A stretch of DNA of 63,350 nucleotides, counting the filler, from Collodictyon triciliatum (lineage: Eukaryota), in assembly GCA_043381765.1 (NCBI GenBank). It is 9 parts of 9 records of this genome, joined end to end, with 100 filler letters (N's around TTAATTAATTAA, not from the genome) between each part and the next. Parts side by side here need not be neighbours in the genome. Positions count along the whole stretch, not along the records: positions 42,323 to 49,264 come from JBHJMP010004148.1; positions 49,365 to 56,309 come from JBHJMP010004149.1; positions 56,410 to 63,350 come from JBHJMP010004150.1; 6 more parts are not named here. One strand, written 5' to 3'. Both the position numbers and the translations under genes were made by a program. Positions 47,868-63,350 of the stretch are shown here, piece after piece; position 1 is the stretch's first letter; the number at the start of each line of letters is the position of its first letter. The notes beneath the pieces are model-generated. The model was not told where the DNA came from, made no database searches, and worked only from the letters and a program-made list of their open reading frames with translations.

Positions 47868-49075
47868 TCATCGATTGAAAAGATATTTTAGTGTATGCGG
47901 GAGTTGATTAATTGAAAATGTAGCTAGATTTTGTGTCCTATAATATGATTGAAAAAAAATCAAGGATGTAAATGGTAATAAAGAAGGGAGAATGTTAATA
48001 AAAAAAAAAACCTTGGAAATAACATGATTCTGCAGCGTTGTACGAAGCTGAAGGCCGAGACCTTGGGACAGCAAACTCAATTACCTTTGACATGCTTGGT
48101 GGATTTTAGATTAGAGAGAAAACAAAATCCAGAGGGGGAATAATACTTTGATGATTTAAAAGGAAGAAATCGAAATTTTGATTGCTTTGGAAGCTATAAA
48201 AGTAAGAGACCATGTTATATGAACATAAATATGCTTCATCTCAAGATGATTATATCACGTTATACTTAAATCGAATAAAGGGGGAAATATGTAAAATTGT
48301 TAATTACACAGGTGTTGGCGGATTCCCTTCATCAGAAGCCACTCCATCGGCAAGAATATTTGGAACCTGAAGGACCCATAATAGGACAGACGGAAATTCA
48401 TGAATATATGCAAAAAAAAAAAAAAAAAGTGATGGTGATATGATGTGATGGTATAAATAACCAGATTATGTAAAGATAGCCTCATTATGGAAGAAACCAT
48501 GTATACAAGAACAAACCAAATGATTTCCCAGCTCCAAAAAACGTGATAGTATTGCCCAAAATTCTGGCTTCTTGTGAAAGCATTTCGGGAAATCATCAGA
48601 GGATATGGACGCAAGGGTGACTTCTTCTGCAAATGAAAAGGTGGTTCGACTCGACGAGTTTGGGCTTGTTGGAGGGATGCCTTTCGGTGATGTGGGTAGA
48701 GATGGTGATTTGCTTTCAGTCTCTCCAAACAACAATTTTGGTGAAGCATTCGTGTCCGAATCTTCGGCTGCAAACTTGCATAAGTTTTGTAAATAAGCCG
48801 ACAGCTCCTGCCTTCGCTTGTCGATAAAATCTGGTGTTTGTGTTCCTGTGAAGCGCAAGTATTGAAATAAGTATTGTCGGGGGAGAACGATGGACTCAGA
48901 AAGTAGAATCCAAACAAATGTCTTGAAGAATACACACGCTTGTATTTCTTTGGCGGGAATGCAGGCAAGTGAGGATAATGACGCAGGAGCTGGTAGTGGA
49001 CCAAGTCAAAGTCTCTATATCGGCGGACGATTTTCCATCTCTTCTTTTTGAACTCGATACTGATAAAGAATACCT
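47868..49075 (-). CDS. PX (phox homology) domain-encoding exons; 5'-truncated; separate gene or 5' part of the VPS9 gene
   Basis: WKIVRRYRDFDLVHYQL...LPAFPPKK...PDFIDKRRQELSAYLQNL...ILSRFLE, the canonical PX RRY, PPK and FIxxRRxxL motifs. Confidence 0.85.
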
Positions 49076-49150
49076 ATGGAGAATTTACAGATAATGTGTT
49101 ACTGTAAAATGAAGAATTAAAGAATTTCCTGTGCTTATTTTTTCGTTAAT

Positions 49151-49264
49151 TTTTATTGGGTTTTTATTGGGTTTTTATTGGGTTTTTATTGGGTTTTTAT
49201 TGGGTTTTTATTGGGTTTTTATTGGGTTTTTATTGGGTTTTTATTGGGTTTTTATTGGGTTTTT
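49151..49264. repeat. (TTTTTATTGGG)n 11-mer repeat at contig end
   Basis: Direct reading. Confidence 0.95.
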
Positions 49265-49364
49265 NNNNNNNNNNNNNNNNNNNNNNNNNNNNNNNNNNNN
49301 NNNNNNNNTTAATTAATTAANNNNNNNNNNNNNNNNNNNNNNNNNNNNNNNNNNNNNNNNNNNN
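49265..49364. other. Artificial contig spacer
   Basis: N44-TTAATTAATTAA-N44. Confidence 0.98.
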
Positions 49365-50240
49365 GTGGAAGAGGGTGCCGACTGGGATGAGGGCGGCCGT
49401 TTGTCGCTGGTGAAGGCCGCAGGCACATAGGCACGCGCGAGATGGATTGGGGTCGCAACGAAGGGCAGCAGCACAAGCCCAACAAGGACAGCCACGCAGA
49501 TGGCCAGCGCCATATAGAGCAGGATGCAGACGGTCGGGAGGATGACGTGAGCATCCAGCGCAACAATGTCACCCGCCGCCTCGGCCAGAACCGCGGCTCC
49601 TTGGAAGCTCGAGACCTCCAGCGCAGCCATGACTCCGGCTGCTGCCTCGCCGCGTACGTCCATCTGTCACACCCACCAGGCAAAGCTCGCTCTGAGCATC
49701 GTGCGCGCCAGAGACGTCGCCATGGCTGTGCCTGTGAGCCCGAGTTCCGCAGTGCAAATGAGCGCATAGTTTGCTAGGATGTTGAAGAGGTTGTTGGCAA
49801 GGCCCAGGGCCAGACACGGAGCCATACGGCCTTGCGCCAGCAGGAGCACCAGCAGGACCGTGGACGCAACGAGAATCGACACCCCGGGATTCAGCCAGAG
49901 GCAGAAATCGCCCGTCAGCCGCGCAATGCCTGCATCCTGTCCCCGGGATGTCGAGATAGGTGCTCACGCCGACGCAAAAGAACCACGACAGTTTGAACCG
50001 TGTGTTGCCCAGCGCTGCTGCTGGCTCATTCTTGCCTTGGTGCCCCACCATCATCTGGTCCGTAGTATGCAGTAGGAACAGCAGCAGATTTGTCAATACT
50101 GTGGGGATTTCGAGATGGAGCAGTTGCTTCAGCTCCGCCCATGTCTCCTACCTAGGCCCATTCTGTGTCGCGGTGCTCTGTGATTTTGTCCGCTTGCTGG
50201 TCGTCGCCCTCATTGTTTTGGTACTCGCTGCTCAGCATTC
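49365..50240 (-). pseudogene. MATE (SLC47/NorM-like) transporter pseudogene
   Basis: MATE-like segments lie in different frames: WAELKQLLHLEIPTVLTNLL..DQMMVGHQGKNEPAAALGN; LLAQGRMAP..NILANYALI..LGLTGTAMATS; MAALEVSSFQ..ALDAHVI. Frameshifts, an in-frame stop near the 5' end and apparent internal deletions. GC-rich, no introns seen. Confidence 0.75.
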
Positions 50241-50392
50241 TGCGTTGATGGGTATCTTGCTTCTCCTTTTTTGAGGTGAGACTTTGTAATATGCGCGATG
50301 TGGCGTATGACTTATTCGCGGTTCATTTTTTTTTGTCTTTCTTTCTTCCTTTCAATTTTGTGCAGGATGGTGAAGATGCTGGCTTTGGTTCG

Positions 50393-51075
50393 CTAGACTT
50401 CGTTTGCATGGACGCTACTTGTTGGCCGGGTGGCGGAGAAGTAGTTGGTAATCAGGAATTGCATCCTGCGGTTTGGCCTGTAGCCTGAATCTTGTGCTTG
50501 CATGAGAGATACAAAGCGAGGTTTAATATCTTTCTCAGCTTCTTTCCACATGTCTCTTCTCACAGGGTCTGAGTAGTAGAGAACGTGCAAGTGGCGAAGA
50601 AAGCTGTTGAGAAAAGCATTTGTATGATGTCATCCAGCCTGTTATCAGGAATGGGTGGCTGGTTGTTGACCCTTACTTTGCATGAGTATATGCATGCTAT
50701 CCACACAGTCCATAGCAAATGGCCTCGCGTCACTGCCCAGAATGTTTTTGCCTCTGGACGCAGCTGTTGCAGAGGCCCAAATATCGCCTGGATTGGTCAA
50801 ACAGCCGCAACCGTCTTGAGTGTCAGTCGAAGAGTCTCACCGGCTGTTTCGCGCAGGTTTTGAGCGAAGGGACATTGCACAAATGTGTGCTCAATGGATT
50901 CATCACCGTTGCTGCAAAGTGTGCATTGTCGGGAGACTTTGCCAGCTTTTGCCGCGCGTGTGCCCATCCATAGCTCCCTATTGGTGATATTATGCATTAG
51001 AGAGCGGTGATTTGGAAGGACTTGCGGGGTTCGTGCTTGTCTCCAGCTCGCGGTGAGCGGCTCATCTATGTACAC
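50393..51075 (-). mobile_element. Non-LTR retrotransposon (L1/Tx1-like) ORF2 C-terminal remnant with zf-RVT zinc finger
   Basis: QCTLCSNGDESIEHTFVQCPFA (CxxC...ExxxHxFxxC), followed after a frame break by FWAVTRGHLLWTVWIAC, the typical downstream LWxxW helix. Degenerate. Confidence 0.8.
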
Positions 51076-51313
51076 ATATCTCTAAACATGTAAAGCGACA
51101 AAACAACGCAATACGGCCGCACTTTAAACCTTTGAATGACAATACTATATCTGAGTCATAGTAGGATGTTAATGGAACCCACCTTGTATTCATCGCGATA
51201 TGAATCAACAGGTTGAATATATAGGTTATGAAAGAAAGAAAAAAAAAACAAAGAAAGGATCAACAGCAACCAAAAAGCAAAAGCAAAGATAAAACGCAGC
51301 AGATTGTTCAAGT

Positions 51314-51360
<47 letters not shown>

Positions 51361-52613
51361 CAATTCGCGTGCGCTTAGTGCTAGATAAAAAGTGCAGAAA
51401 TGGCAGGGTTGAAAGGCTGATGTAGAAAAATGCATCCAACACGCGCCGCAAGCTGCACTACCCAGATTGCCAGCAGCTCAACCAATCTTAAAATCGCAAG
51501 GTAATTATCTATATCATTTAATAGTTTTTGACGCAAATACTCCCAGAGTCTGCAACGCAAACCTCCTCAACCCTAACCGCTCTGTTCAACTCCATTGAAT
51601 GGCAACGAAGAAAAAACCTCATCCAAACATATCCATTCGCTGCTCATTTCATGCATACTTTTTTTATTCTAAAAATCTTGGCTGTTGAGCCCGTCTCAAC
51701 AATCCTTCAATCAACCATCAGGCAAGTAGTTCCAAAGTAGGTGGGGATGTGTAAGAGATAGAAAAATAAAATCAGGGATATTTAAAAAGAAAATAAAGGA
51801 AAAAGAGAGGTCCTTGAGGCTTGATAAGAGACGCATGGATTTCTTTTGGGGACGCATGATAGTGTCCCACGAGCATGGGAAAAAAAAGGGACGGGTGATA
51901 TTGATTGGATGGGGGAGGGGGAAATACTGCTTTGATGGCGCAAGCTGTCGAAAAGGATGGTGAAAAGAGAAGTGAGGTTCGTTTGATAAGCACTAGGTCG
52001 AGTGCAAAGAGGACTTCTCTGCATGGTTGACTCACCTCCTTCCAGACCGTACTTGTGTCTTTTCAGTAGAGGTTGTCGAAGGGATTTCTCCCTCTTGCTT
52101 GCAAAACCTATGGGTATAAGCTTCCACTCCCTGGTGTCTCTCTCAGCCAAGGTCGGGAGTTTTGGCTTTGTTGCCGCAGGTCTTGCAAGTGGAATTGACC
52201 AGCTATTCAGGACTCACGTGTCATGAGGTGTTAGCTGCCTGCAGTCTCCCGGCTCAGGAAGTCTGTTAATGGGTTCGTTTGGGGTAGGGTATGGGTATGA
52301 TGGTCGGTATACCCATAGAGGAGGTCAGGACTGATGCGAGGTATCCAGGAGAGGATGTTTGGTTTCAAATTGTTTTGACACTCGACGGGTTGTGAAAGTG
52401 AGCAACATTTCCCCTCCCTCTTGAATGGCGTCTTCAGAAATCGGCCCTGGATGACTGAGATAGCTGCCAAGGTCGATATGTGTCTTAAAACCAAATGTAT
52501 CGCAAATCCTCCGGGGCGAAGGGAAAGAAAGATTCTTTGAGCCACCCTTCAAGATGGGGAACGTTAGTCCCCCAATGCGCTCATAGGCAGAGCGCCGGGC
52601 CACACTGGGCGAA

Positions 52614-53760
52614 TTAAAAGGAAGAGGCGGAGGCGTAACCTTCCTCCACAGACACGTCTGTGGCCCTTGTGTCGCCGTGTGGCTGGTGCGGTTCGTAGTC
52701 ACCGGCTTCACTTGCGTATGGCGGACTCCCCTGCCTGCAGGGCGAAACCTGATTCTTGCGAGGCTGCGTGGTTGTGGCAGCTTCTTTGTGCTGTATGTTC
52801 AGCTTGACCACGGGCGAGACAACGTCGGTGAGAGACTGGCCGCGTGTACGGATGTGGTTGGAAAACATGCCTTCACGATACTTGTGCTCGTTGGAGTGGG
52901 TACTCTCGTTGCTGTTGTGGGTGCGCTCCCGCTTTGTTCCAGTCTGCTCCGGCGTGTGGGCGGCCGTGGAGTTGGGTCTTTGGAACACAGACACCGATGC
53001 AGATGCACTCCTCTGGTGGGAGGACACCTGCTGGGCAGCTTTTTCGGCGATAGCAGCTTGGCGTGTTACTCTGCGAGTAGCATACGCGTCAGCCTTTATC
53101 GCGGAGGTGGCTGCCTCTGTCGGCTTTGTCTGTTTGAGGGTGCTGCTGAGTGTTGTCTGTTTGCAGACATCGGAGTTGCCGCTCGCCTTCGCTTGGGTGG
53201 CGGCGGGCTTTGTTTGTGTCCGCTGTGGGGCGGTGTTGGGTGCGGCTTTGCCTGTGAGCGTGCCTGCCGAGTTGGAGGGCACGTTTGGGTCTTTGTCCGC
53301 AGTGGACGGGGAGCCTCTTGTGGAGTCTTTGGGGTTAGCGGGGGTTTTGCCATGGTTGGTGTGTGCGCTGACTCTGGAATCGGCGCGAGCTGTGGTGTGG
53401 CTTCGCCTTTGTTGTGGGGCAAAGCGCTCGGCCGTCTCCCTGCGGGGGTACGCAAGGCCCAGGCCGCTCGACAGGTCGGATGCCAGCAGCACAACGCCCT
53501 CCGTGGCGCACTCACGGGTGCGGTGGACTTCGCACAGCTGCTCCAACAAGCGCGGGCGTGTGGCGTGCGTCAGTGTCTCAGTGTACTCGCCCACAAGGCG
53601 CACCACACAGACGGCCGGGTAGAGTCCCTTCTGCTGCAGCCCCGCTGCTCGCTCCACCGGTCGCGTCCGGTAATGCTCGTAGACCATTCTCGTCGTCAAG
53701 TTGAGGCTTGGTTGCCATCCGTGTAGTTTTTGTGCAAGACCGAAGGGGCACCGAACACAA
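52614..53760 (-). mobile_element. Probable degenerate retrotransposon ORF1/gag-like remnant
   Basis: GC-rich, intronless, A/T/Q/P-rich low-complexity ORF with a decayed knuckle (LCEVHRTREC) and frameshifts at the 5' end. Upstream of, and on the same strand as, the zf-RVT remnant. Confidence 0.45.
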
Positions 53761-56309
53761 CCTACCTTTAAATATAGCGCATAAAGAGATATAGATATTC
53801 TCGTTTGGACAAGAAAAAACAGAACTTTGAAGCCATTATTTGGATGCTTTGTGTGTAAATGACTTAAAAATAATCAGGAAAAGAATACAACTATCTTTCT
53901 TGTTCAAATAAAGGTGACATACACGCCGAGTATGGATACATGCCCGACCAACACAGCGCCATCGCCATCAGAACCCTCTAAAAATCAAAGTAAGTCTGCA
54001 GTTGTCTATCAATATATAACTATCAGAACCGGAAGCTTAATTGAACTGTCGATATTTATTCATCTCCAAGTGCCCAACTGTTTTGTCAGATGCTCCGCAA
54101 TTATATCCATCCAAGACATCTCTTTGATTCCATCGCGCTAATTCGATTTTTTCCAAGCACTGGATTAGATGATATTTCGCAGCCTCATCCGCATGTTGTT
54201 TGCATGGCCATGGTGCATCTCGCAAAGGTTTCTCTCTGCCATGAAAGTGAGAAAAGTGCATCGTCCAAAATTCAATCTGCTGCACATCATTCATCTTCGA
54301 TGTGTAAGAGGATGCAATTTTTCTGTTTTCTTACACCTTTCATGCAAGATAAATATTTTATTTTTCTCGTTCTTCTTGTCTCGGAGCGCAATCTCCGATG
54401 CATAAGTGCCTATTTCTCGCCACCTTTCGCAGCTTATGACATCGACTGAATGCGGATATGTGATGCATGTTTCCAGTTGCTAGGATTATATTGTGCTTCT
54501 TTGTGAAACGGTTGCTCATCGCTGCGGTCGAATATTGCAGCGTCTATCAATCGGTCAATGAACTCAAAGCATCACTAATATAATTTAGCCAAGCAAATAA
54601 AAAAAGTGATCATCTCCTCTTGTAAGTAAATATTGAAGTTCAAGGATAATGGAATCAAAATTATTCGAAAAATTATTTATTCGTTTGATATCGGGGGTTT
54701 TAAAGTTCCAGTTTACATTCTAAAAACTTGATGTTTATCTTGTGTTTGGCATCGAGCCTCTTCATTGATGACTCTGCACTGTACTCGGTAAATGACTGTT
54801 CTGATGTAATTAAAAAACGACAGATGCGTCAATCCTTGCGACTTGGAAAAAGAGATATATTTTGCACAGAATACTGATGATAGTATTTGGTGTCAAATAA
54901 GTTTTGATTTGAAAAAAATGACAGTAATAGCGAAGAAATGAAAGTGTCACTTATTTACAGCAAAAGCAAGAAGGAAAAGCAAACCCGTTTCTTTGTCTTT
55001 CCAACGGCAAGTTTTGGTAGCCCGCGATAAGGCTATCGAGCGGAAAACACGCTTTGCAGACTTTTTTTGGCTGCTGATGTATTTACATCGTGAACACGCA
55101 CTTTGCATAGGAGTTCGCCCTGATTATCAAAAGTCATCGCTTCGACCGATTGGATGATATCTATTGAGAAAGTCTAGACACATGCGCAGCGCATCCGCAT
55201 GAACTAAATCAAGAGTACAAATTTAAAATTATATTGGTTTTTGATAAAAAAAAAGGCCACTGATTTGCATGGAAGTAAAGAGAATACACTACATATCTCC
55301 TTTTCATATTTATTTTTAACAAGCTATTAGTTCAGCGAACACATTTAGATGAAAAAAAACCTACAATTTCACTCGACCAAATACACTCCAAATCTCTGAG
55401 ATAATCTCAACCAAACTTGTCATGGGTATTCGATGCATACCTAAAAGGAAAGAAGTTACGGTTTGAGTCTTTACTATTTATGATTGTCGAGGATTTACAA
55501 AGGAAGGAAAGTTCACATCCCAATCTCTTTCTCGTAGCAAAGCTTGAGAGGTTTGTGTCATGGGTGTGACGCTGAAGAAATCAAAAAATTGGAATGTATT
55601 TGTAATAAAGTGTACAGATTAATATATGTGAGTTTTCTTGTGATTGTTTGTGTGAAATATAGGCAGTTTTACCTATTATTATGCAATAGTACTATATCGT
55701 GCCAAACTGAAACCTTTACTTCATGAGGTAATACTTGAGCAGCGTTGAATTCGAGCGATATCTCCACTAAAAACCAATGAGCAGAGAAATACGAAAACAG
55801 ATGAAATCCTCTACAATAAACTAAAATAGCGTGATTGCTGAATCGAATATATGAATGATGTATTTCATAATTTTTGGGAGAACGTTTGAATAAAACGATG
55901 GACATAATATTCATCACACCAGTCTACCATTTCGTCTGCACCGTGTTCGGTAATGATTTTGTCAGCGCATAGAAGTCCTGCACCACGGTCTAGTGCTTGT
56001 CTGCAAAAGTCTCCGCAAGTAAAGACCTATAATTTGAAATGAGAGAGGGTGAGATATTATAGAAATTAATTTGTCTGCATTTTTTTTTAGAAGATATGAG
56101 GGAGTATGTCGGAGTTGGATGAGAGGAGAATAATTTTTTTAATGGATAATCAAATGAATTACAATTATTTCATTGTCTGATTATCTTCCGATTCGGTTCA
56201 TCGTCCATCCATAAAGCTCATTCTATGAGACGTTTTTCAAGGGGTTTTCATATTGTTGCTCGTTGTGCTTCACGGTCTGCGTTAAATTTTTAAAAATAAA
56301 AATAAATAA

Positions 56310-56409
56310 NNNNNNNNNNNNNNNNNNNNNNNNNNNNNNNNNNNNNNNNNNNNTTAATTAATTAANNNNNNNNNNNNNNNNNNNNNNNNNNNNNNNNNNN
56401 NNNNNNNNN
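56310..56409. other. Artificial contig spacer
   Basis: N44-TTAATTAATTAA-N44. Confidence 0.98.
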
Positions 56410-56607
56410 GATGTTTTGATGTCTTGATGTCTTGATGTTTTGATGTTTTGATGTTTTGATGTTTTGATGTTTTGATGTTTTGATGTTTTGATGTTTTGAT
56501 GTTTTGATGTTTTGATGTTTTGATGTTTTGATGTTTTGATGTTTTGATGTTTTGATGTTTTGATGTTTTGGTGTTTTGGTGTTTTGGTGTTTTGGTGTTT
56601 TGGTGTT
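56410..56607. repeat. (GATGTTTT/GGTGTTTT)n repeat at contig start
   Basis: Direct reading. Confidence 0.95.
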
Positions 56608-56721
56608 TCCGTATTTGATATTCTGGTGTTATTATGGTTTATTTTCCATTTTCCATCGTCAATTAATTAATTAATCAACCAACCAACCAATCAATTATAT
56701 GAACAAAATTGAAATAATCAG

Positions 56722-60293
<3,572 letters not shown>

Positions 60294-61089
60294 CTCTTTT
60301 TTTCTATTTTTTTTTCTCTCTCTCACGTCTCTTTATTTCGCGTTGTTCTTGATTTCTTCAAGATTTTCTTCATCACGCCCTTCCCCTCGAGAATTGTGTG
60401 CTTGGGGACGAAAGATGGTGCCATTGTTAATAGCTTGCTCCCACAAACAAAATAAATATTGATGATGAAGAAAACAAAAGAAAAGAAGAAAAGAAAATAT
60501 GGATAAAGGGGAATCATATTTATGTGGTGTGTAGAATCGATCTCTAATGAAATACAGTCACTAACAAATGAGTGGTATATCTGACTATGTCATAAGTATT
60601 TTAAGTGTACGCGCAAAACTGTTCATAAAGAGTGTCCAACAGAACGTATTTCGATTCGAAAAAGTAGACATTTCAATCTATGAAGAAAGAAAGAAGTTGT
60701 AATTCGGCGGATTCTTTTGACCAAGAAAAAAGAAAAGTAGTCTGGCAAACGGTACATTAGCAAAAAGGAATTAGTTCTGACGAAATATGGTTATAATCAC
60801 CGGAGCTGATCCAAATACTTTCTGGAATAACATTTTTCTTTCAAAATATTGTAAGTAGTCATGGAAACTCTAAAACAATTGAATGTAATCTAGAACGTAT
60901 ATTTTATTTTGGTATACTGGCGAGAGGTTTCAAGGTTTGGGGCAAAGGAATGATGAATAAAGCAGGATGGCTTGATTATGATAAAAGATAGCTTTTAAAT
61001 AACAGTTTTCACGTCGTCATGAGGAGGAAAGAAATAAATAGAAAACGTAAATAGTTTTTTTTTCCCCCTATAACTACACTTCGTTCACC

Positions 61090-63206
61090 TCAAGATGGGA
61101 GGGAGATATCCTGAGTCCTATGTTTTACAGGGGGTATTTTTAAAGAAATATACACTAAAGAATTCACACTAAAAACTGTAACATTTGAGCTCCATAATAT
61201 TTTCACATCCTTTCGGCGTGTTTTTCTTCTCCCTATGCCAAAAAAATCGATTAAAAAAGCAGTATAATTTTTTTTAACCTCCCGACCACAGAAACCATTG
61301 TGCCATTCAATGCGTCATCTCGAAAGTACTCTTGAAATATGACAGGAAATGATTGAACCCTATATGAAAAAAAAATGAATTTCGTTTCTGAAATATAACG
61401 TGCTTAGCTATCGTACTTAAGATGATAACAAATATATTTATTTTTTTTTAAAAAAAAAAAACACTATGCAGGGACATGCATGGAATTGCTATGCATCATT
61501 TCGGATATCCATATTTATATATGAATGAGGAACAAACGATATCATCATGATTTCTAACGGTGTTGATATAAATGACATTTTTGCGAGAGCCGATGACGAC
61601 GGCCTCTCAGTGGGGCTCCTGGGCATGAAATTTATTATGAGATACCATACGGAATGACATTTTGAAGACAAAACAAAAAGTGGATTAATACAAAACAACA
61701 AACCAAAATCAACGAAAGTTTAATAACATGATTCATCCGTGTGCAATATGAGAAAAATGACTGAGCACCGTTTGAGACATGAGAGGATAAAGCGATGTGC
61801 GTCTGTGGATGCGTTTGATGGGATTCTTGGGAACTTCTTTGTTGATGCAATATGGAAGAGAATGTTTGTAGTATCCATCACATGGAACCAGGGAGGTTTG
61901 GCTGAAAGCATCTCAATAACTGTACAACCAAGGCTCCAGATATCAGCCTCGCTAGATTAATTAAAAGGATAAATTAGATTAAAAAGAAAGAGTATTTTTT
62001 CTTTATTTGATTCAAATTGAGGATAAAAAGAGTATATATGATTACAAAGTGTGAAGAAATGTGAGAATAAAATACATAAAAACTTATTCAACTTCTTGAA
62101 TTGTCACATACAATCCTTGTGTTTTGTCGATTACAGACTCGGGCGCCATCCAATTTGGAGTCCCTCTGATGGAATGCAAAGAGCCTTCTCCTTGAATGGA
62201 GGCACCAAAGTCTGCCACTTTGACAGTTCCATTCGTATCAACTAGTATGTTTGCTCCTTTTATATCTAGAGTAGAATTATATGTAAATTTATACTATCAG
62301 AGAAAAAAAACAACTTCGCGATAACGTCCACTGCACCCACAGATTATATTTCATTGTGTATTCATTACAACAAATCAATTTTCGAGGGTTATGTACCTCT
62401 GTGTACGATTCCTTTCGCATGAAGATATTCTATTCCATTCACTATCTGTTTTGTGTATATTTGCACAAGTTTTTCTGGGAATGGACCAAATCTTTGTAGA
62501 AGCGATGCCAAAGAGCCACCAGGAACATACTCCATAAACACATAAATGTAGTCGCTGCTCCTTTCAAACCCCAAGTACCGCACAATATTTACATGGCATA
62601 AGTCTTTCATCACTCCGATTTCCTTGATAGTGGCTTCAATCTATTCAAACATGTCCACCATATTAATTTCAAACAACGAAAAAAATCTTATAAATATAAA
62701 AAATAATCAAAATGAAAATTACAAAAAAAAAAAAGTTAAATTGGCAATAAGTTGCAAACAATTGCTTAATCATAATGATCAATAGAATGACCCATGCTTC
62801 AAAACAAACGATATAACATTACTGTCTTCGTCTGCTCCTCGTTACCAATCAGAATAGGATACTGCTTTGCTGCAAAGAGTTCGCCTGTGTCGGAATTGAG
62901 TGCGAGGTGGACGCGGCCATAAGAACCTGCGCCCAGCAGCGAGCCCAACCGCCACCGAATGGAGCCTTCAATCGGTCGTCGCAGAATCGGCCCGCTTTCC
63001 CGCTGGGAGGCCGAGACATACGCGAAGCTCTGTCCTACTCTGTGTGAGACTGCATGAGACGGTAGCTGCGGGTCGGCATAGGGAGATTCTTTTGGAGGCT
63101 CTGACTCTGGTGTTGCTGAGTGGTAGCTGCGCAGTCCAAAAGGCACTTGTGACTGTGTAAACAGAGAGAAATCATGCTCGGAAGAGGTGCATCGACTAGA
63201 GCTCAA
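61090..63206 (-). CDS. STE11/MEKK (NPK1/ANP-like) MAP kinase kinase kinase; multi-exon, probably 5'-truncated
   Basis: IRWRLGSLLGAGSYGRVHLALNSDTGELFAAKQ, HVNIVRYLG, FMEYVPGGSL, IVHR|DIKGANILVD, VADFGAS, GTPNWMAPE, ADIWSLGCTVIEMLSAKPPW, PTERPS. 3' boundary uncertain (between 61090 and 61489). Confidence 0.92.
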
Positions 63207-63311
63207 TGTATGTATGTATGTATGTATGTATGTATGTATGTATGTATGTATGTATGTATGTATGTATGTATGTATGTATGTATGTATGTATGTATGTATG
63301 TATGTATGTAT
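63206..63311. repeat. (ATGT)n microsatellite
   Basis: Direct reading. Confidence 0.95.
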
Positions 63312-63350
63312 TCATTTATTATTTTCTCCTTTCGTTTTCTTATTTTATCT

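Noticed and set aside
49151-49264. (TTTTTATTGGG)n as a telomeric repeat
   Set aside because: It lies just upstream of an internal PX exon, so it is probably intronic, and every other contig end carries a different repeat
52677-53726. Two long plus-strand ORFs (349 and 288 aa)
   Set aside because: Antisense shadows of a GC-rich low-complexity minus-strand retroelement-like ORF

Overview
Eukaryotic (most likely protist) nuclear DNA. It is AT-rich and intron-dense, has many microsatellites and reads in the standard genetic code. The window is not one locus. It is nine contigs of about 6.94-6.97 kb joined by artificial 100-bp spacers (44 N + TTAATTAATTAA + 44 N), so adjacency across spacers is meaningless. 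Contents by contig: (1) a multi-exon soluble (ADCY10/sAC-type) nucleotidyl cyclase with a STAND NTPase domain; (2) and (5) two paralogous single-ORF giant NLR-like genes (helical domain-NACHT-pentapeptide-WD40); (3) Cdt1, a cold-shock protein with a mitochondrial-type presequence and a GC-rich intronless GH12 glucanase; (4) a DDX21/RH7-type DEAD-box helicase; (6) an unidentified large multi-exon gene; (7) a divergent TFIIB-like gene, a VARP-like VPS9 gene and a PX-domain gene; (8) a MATE pseudogene and non-LTR retrotransposon remnants; (9) Ndc80 and a STE11/MEKK kinase. The most striking observation concerns the two NLR-like paralogues. Both begin with a ~110-aa leader ending in a ubiquitin-like LxGG, followed directly by a cryptic N-myristoylation motif (GxxxSK). 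This suggests protease-unmasked, membrane-targeted STAND receptors. All family calls come from motif recognition by eye; no searches were run.
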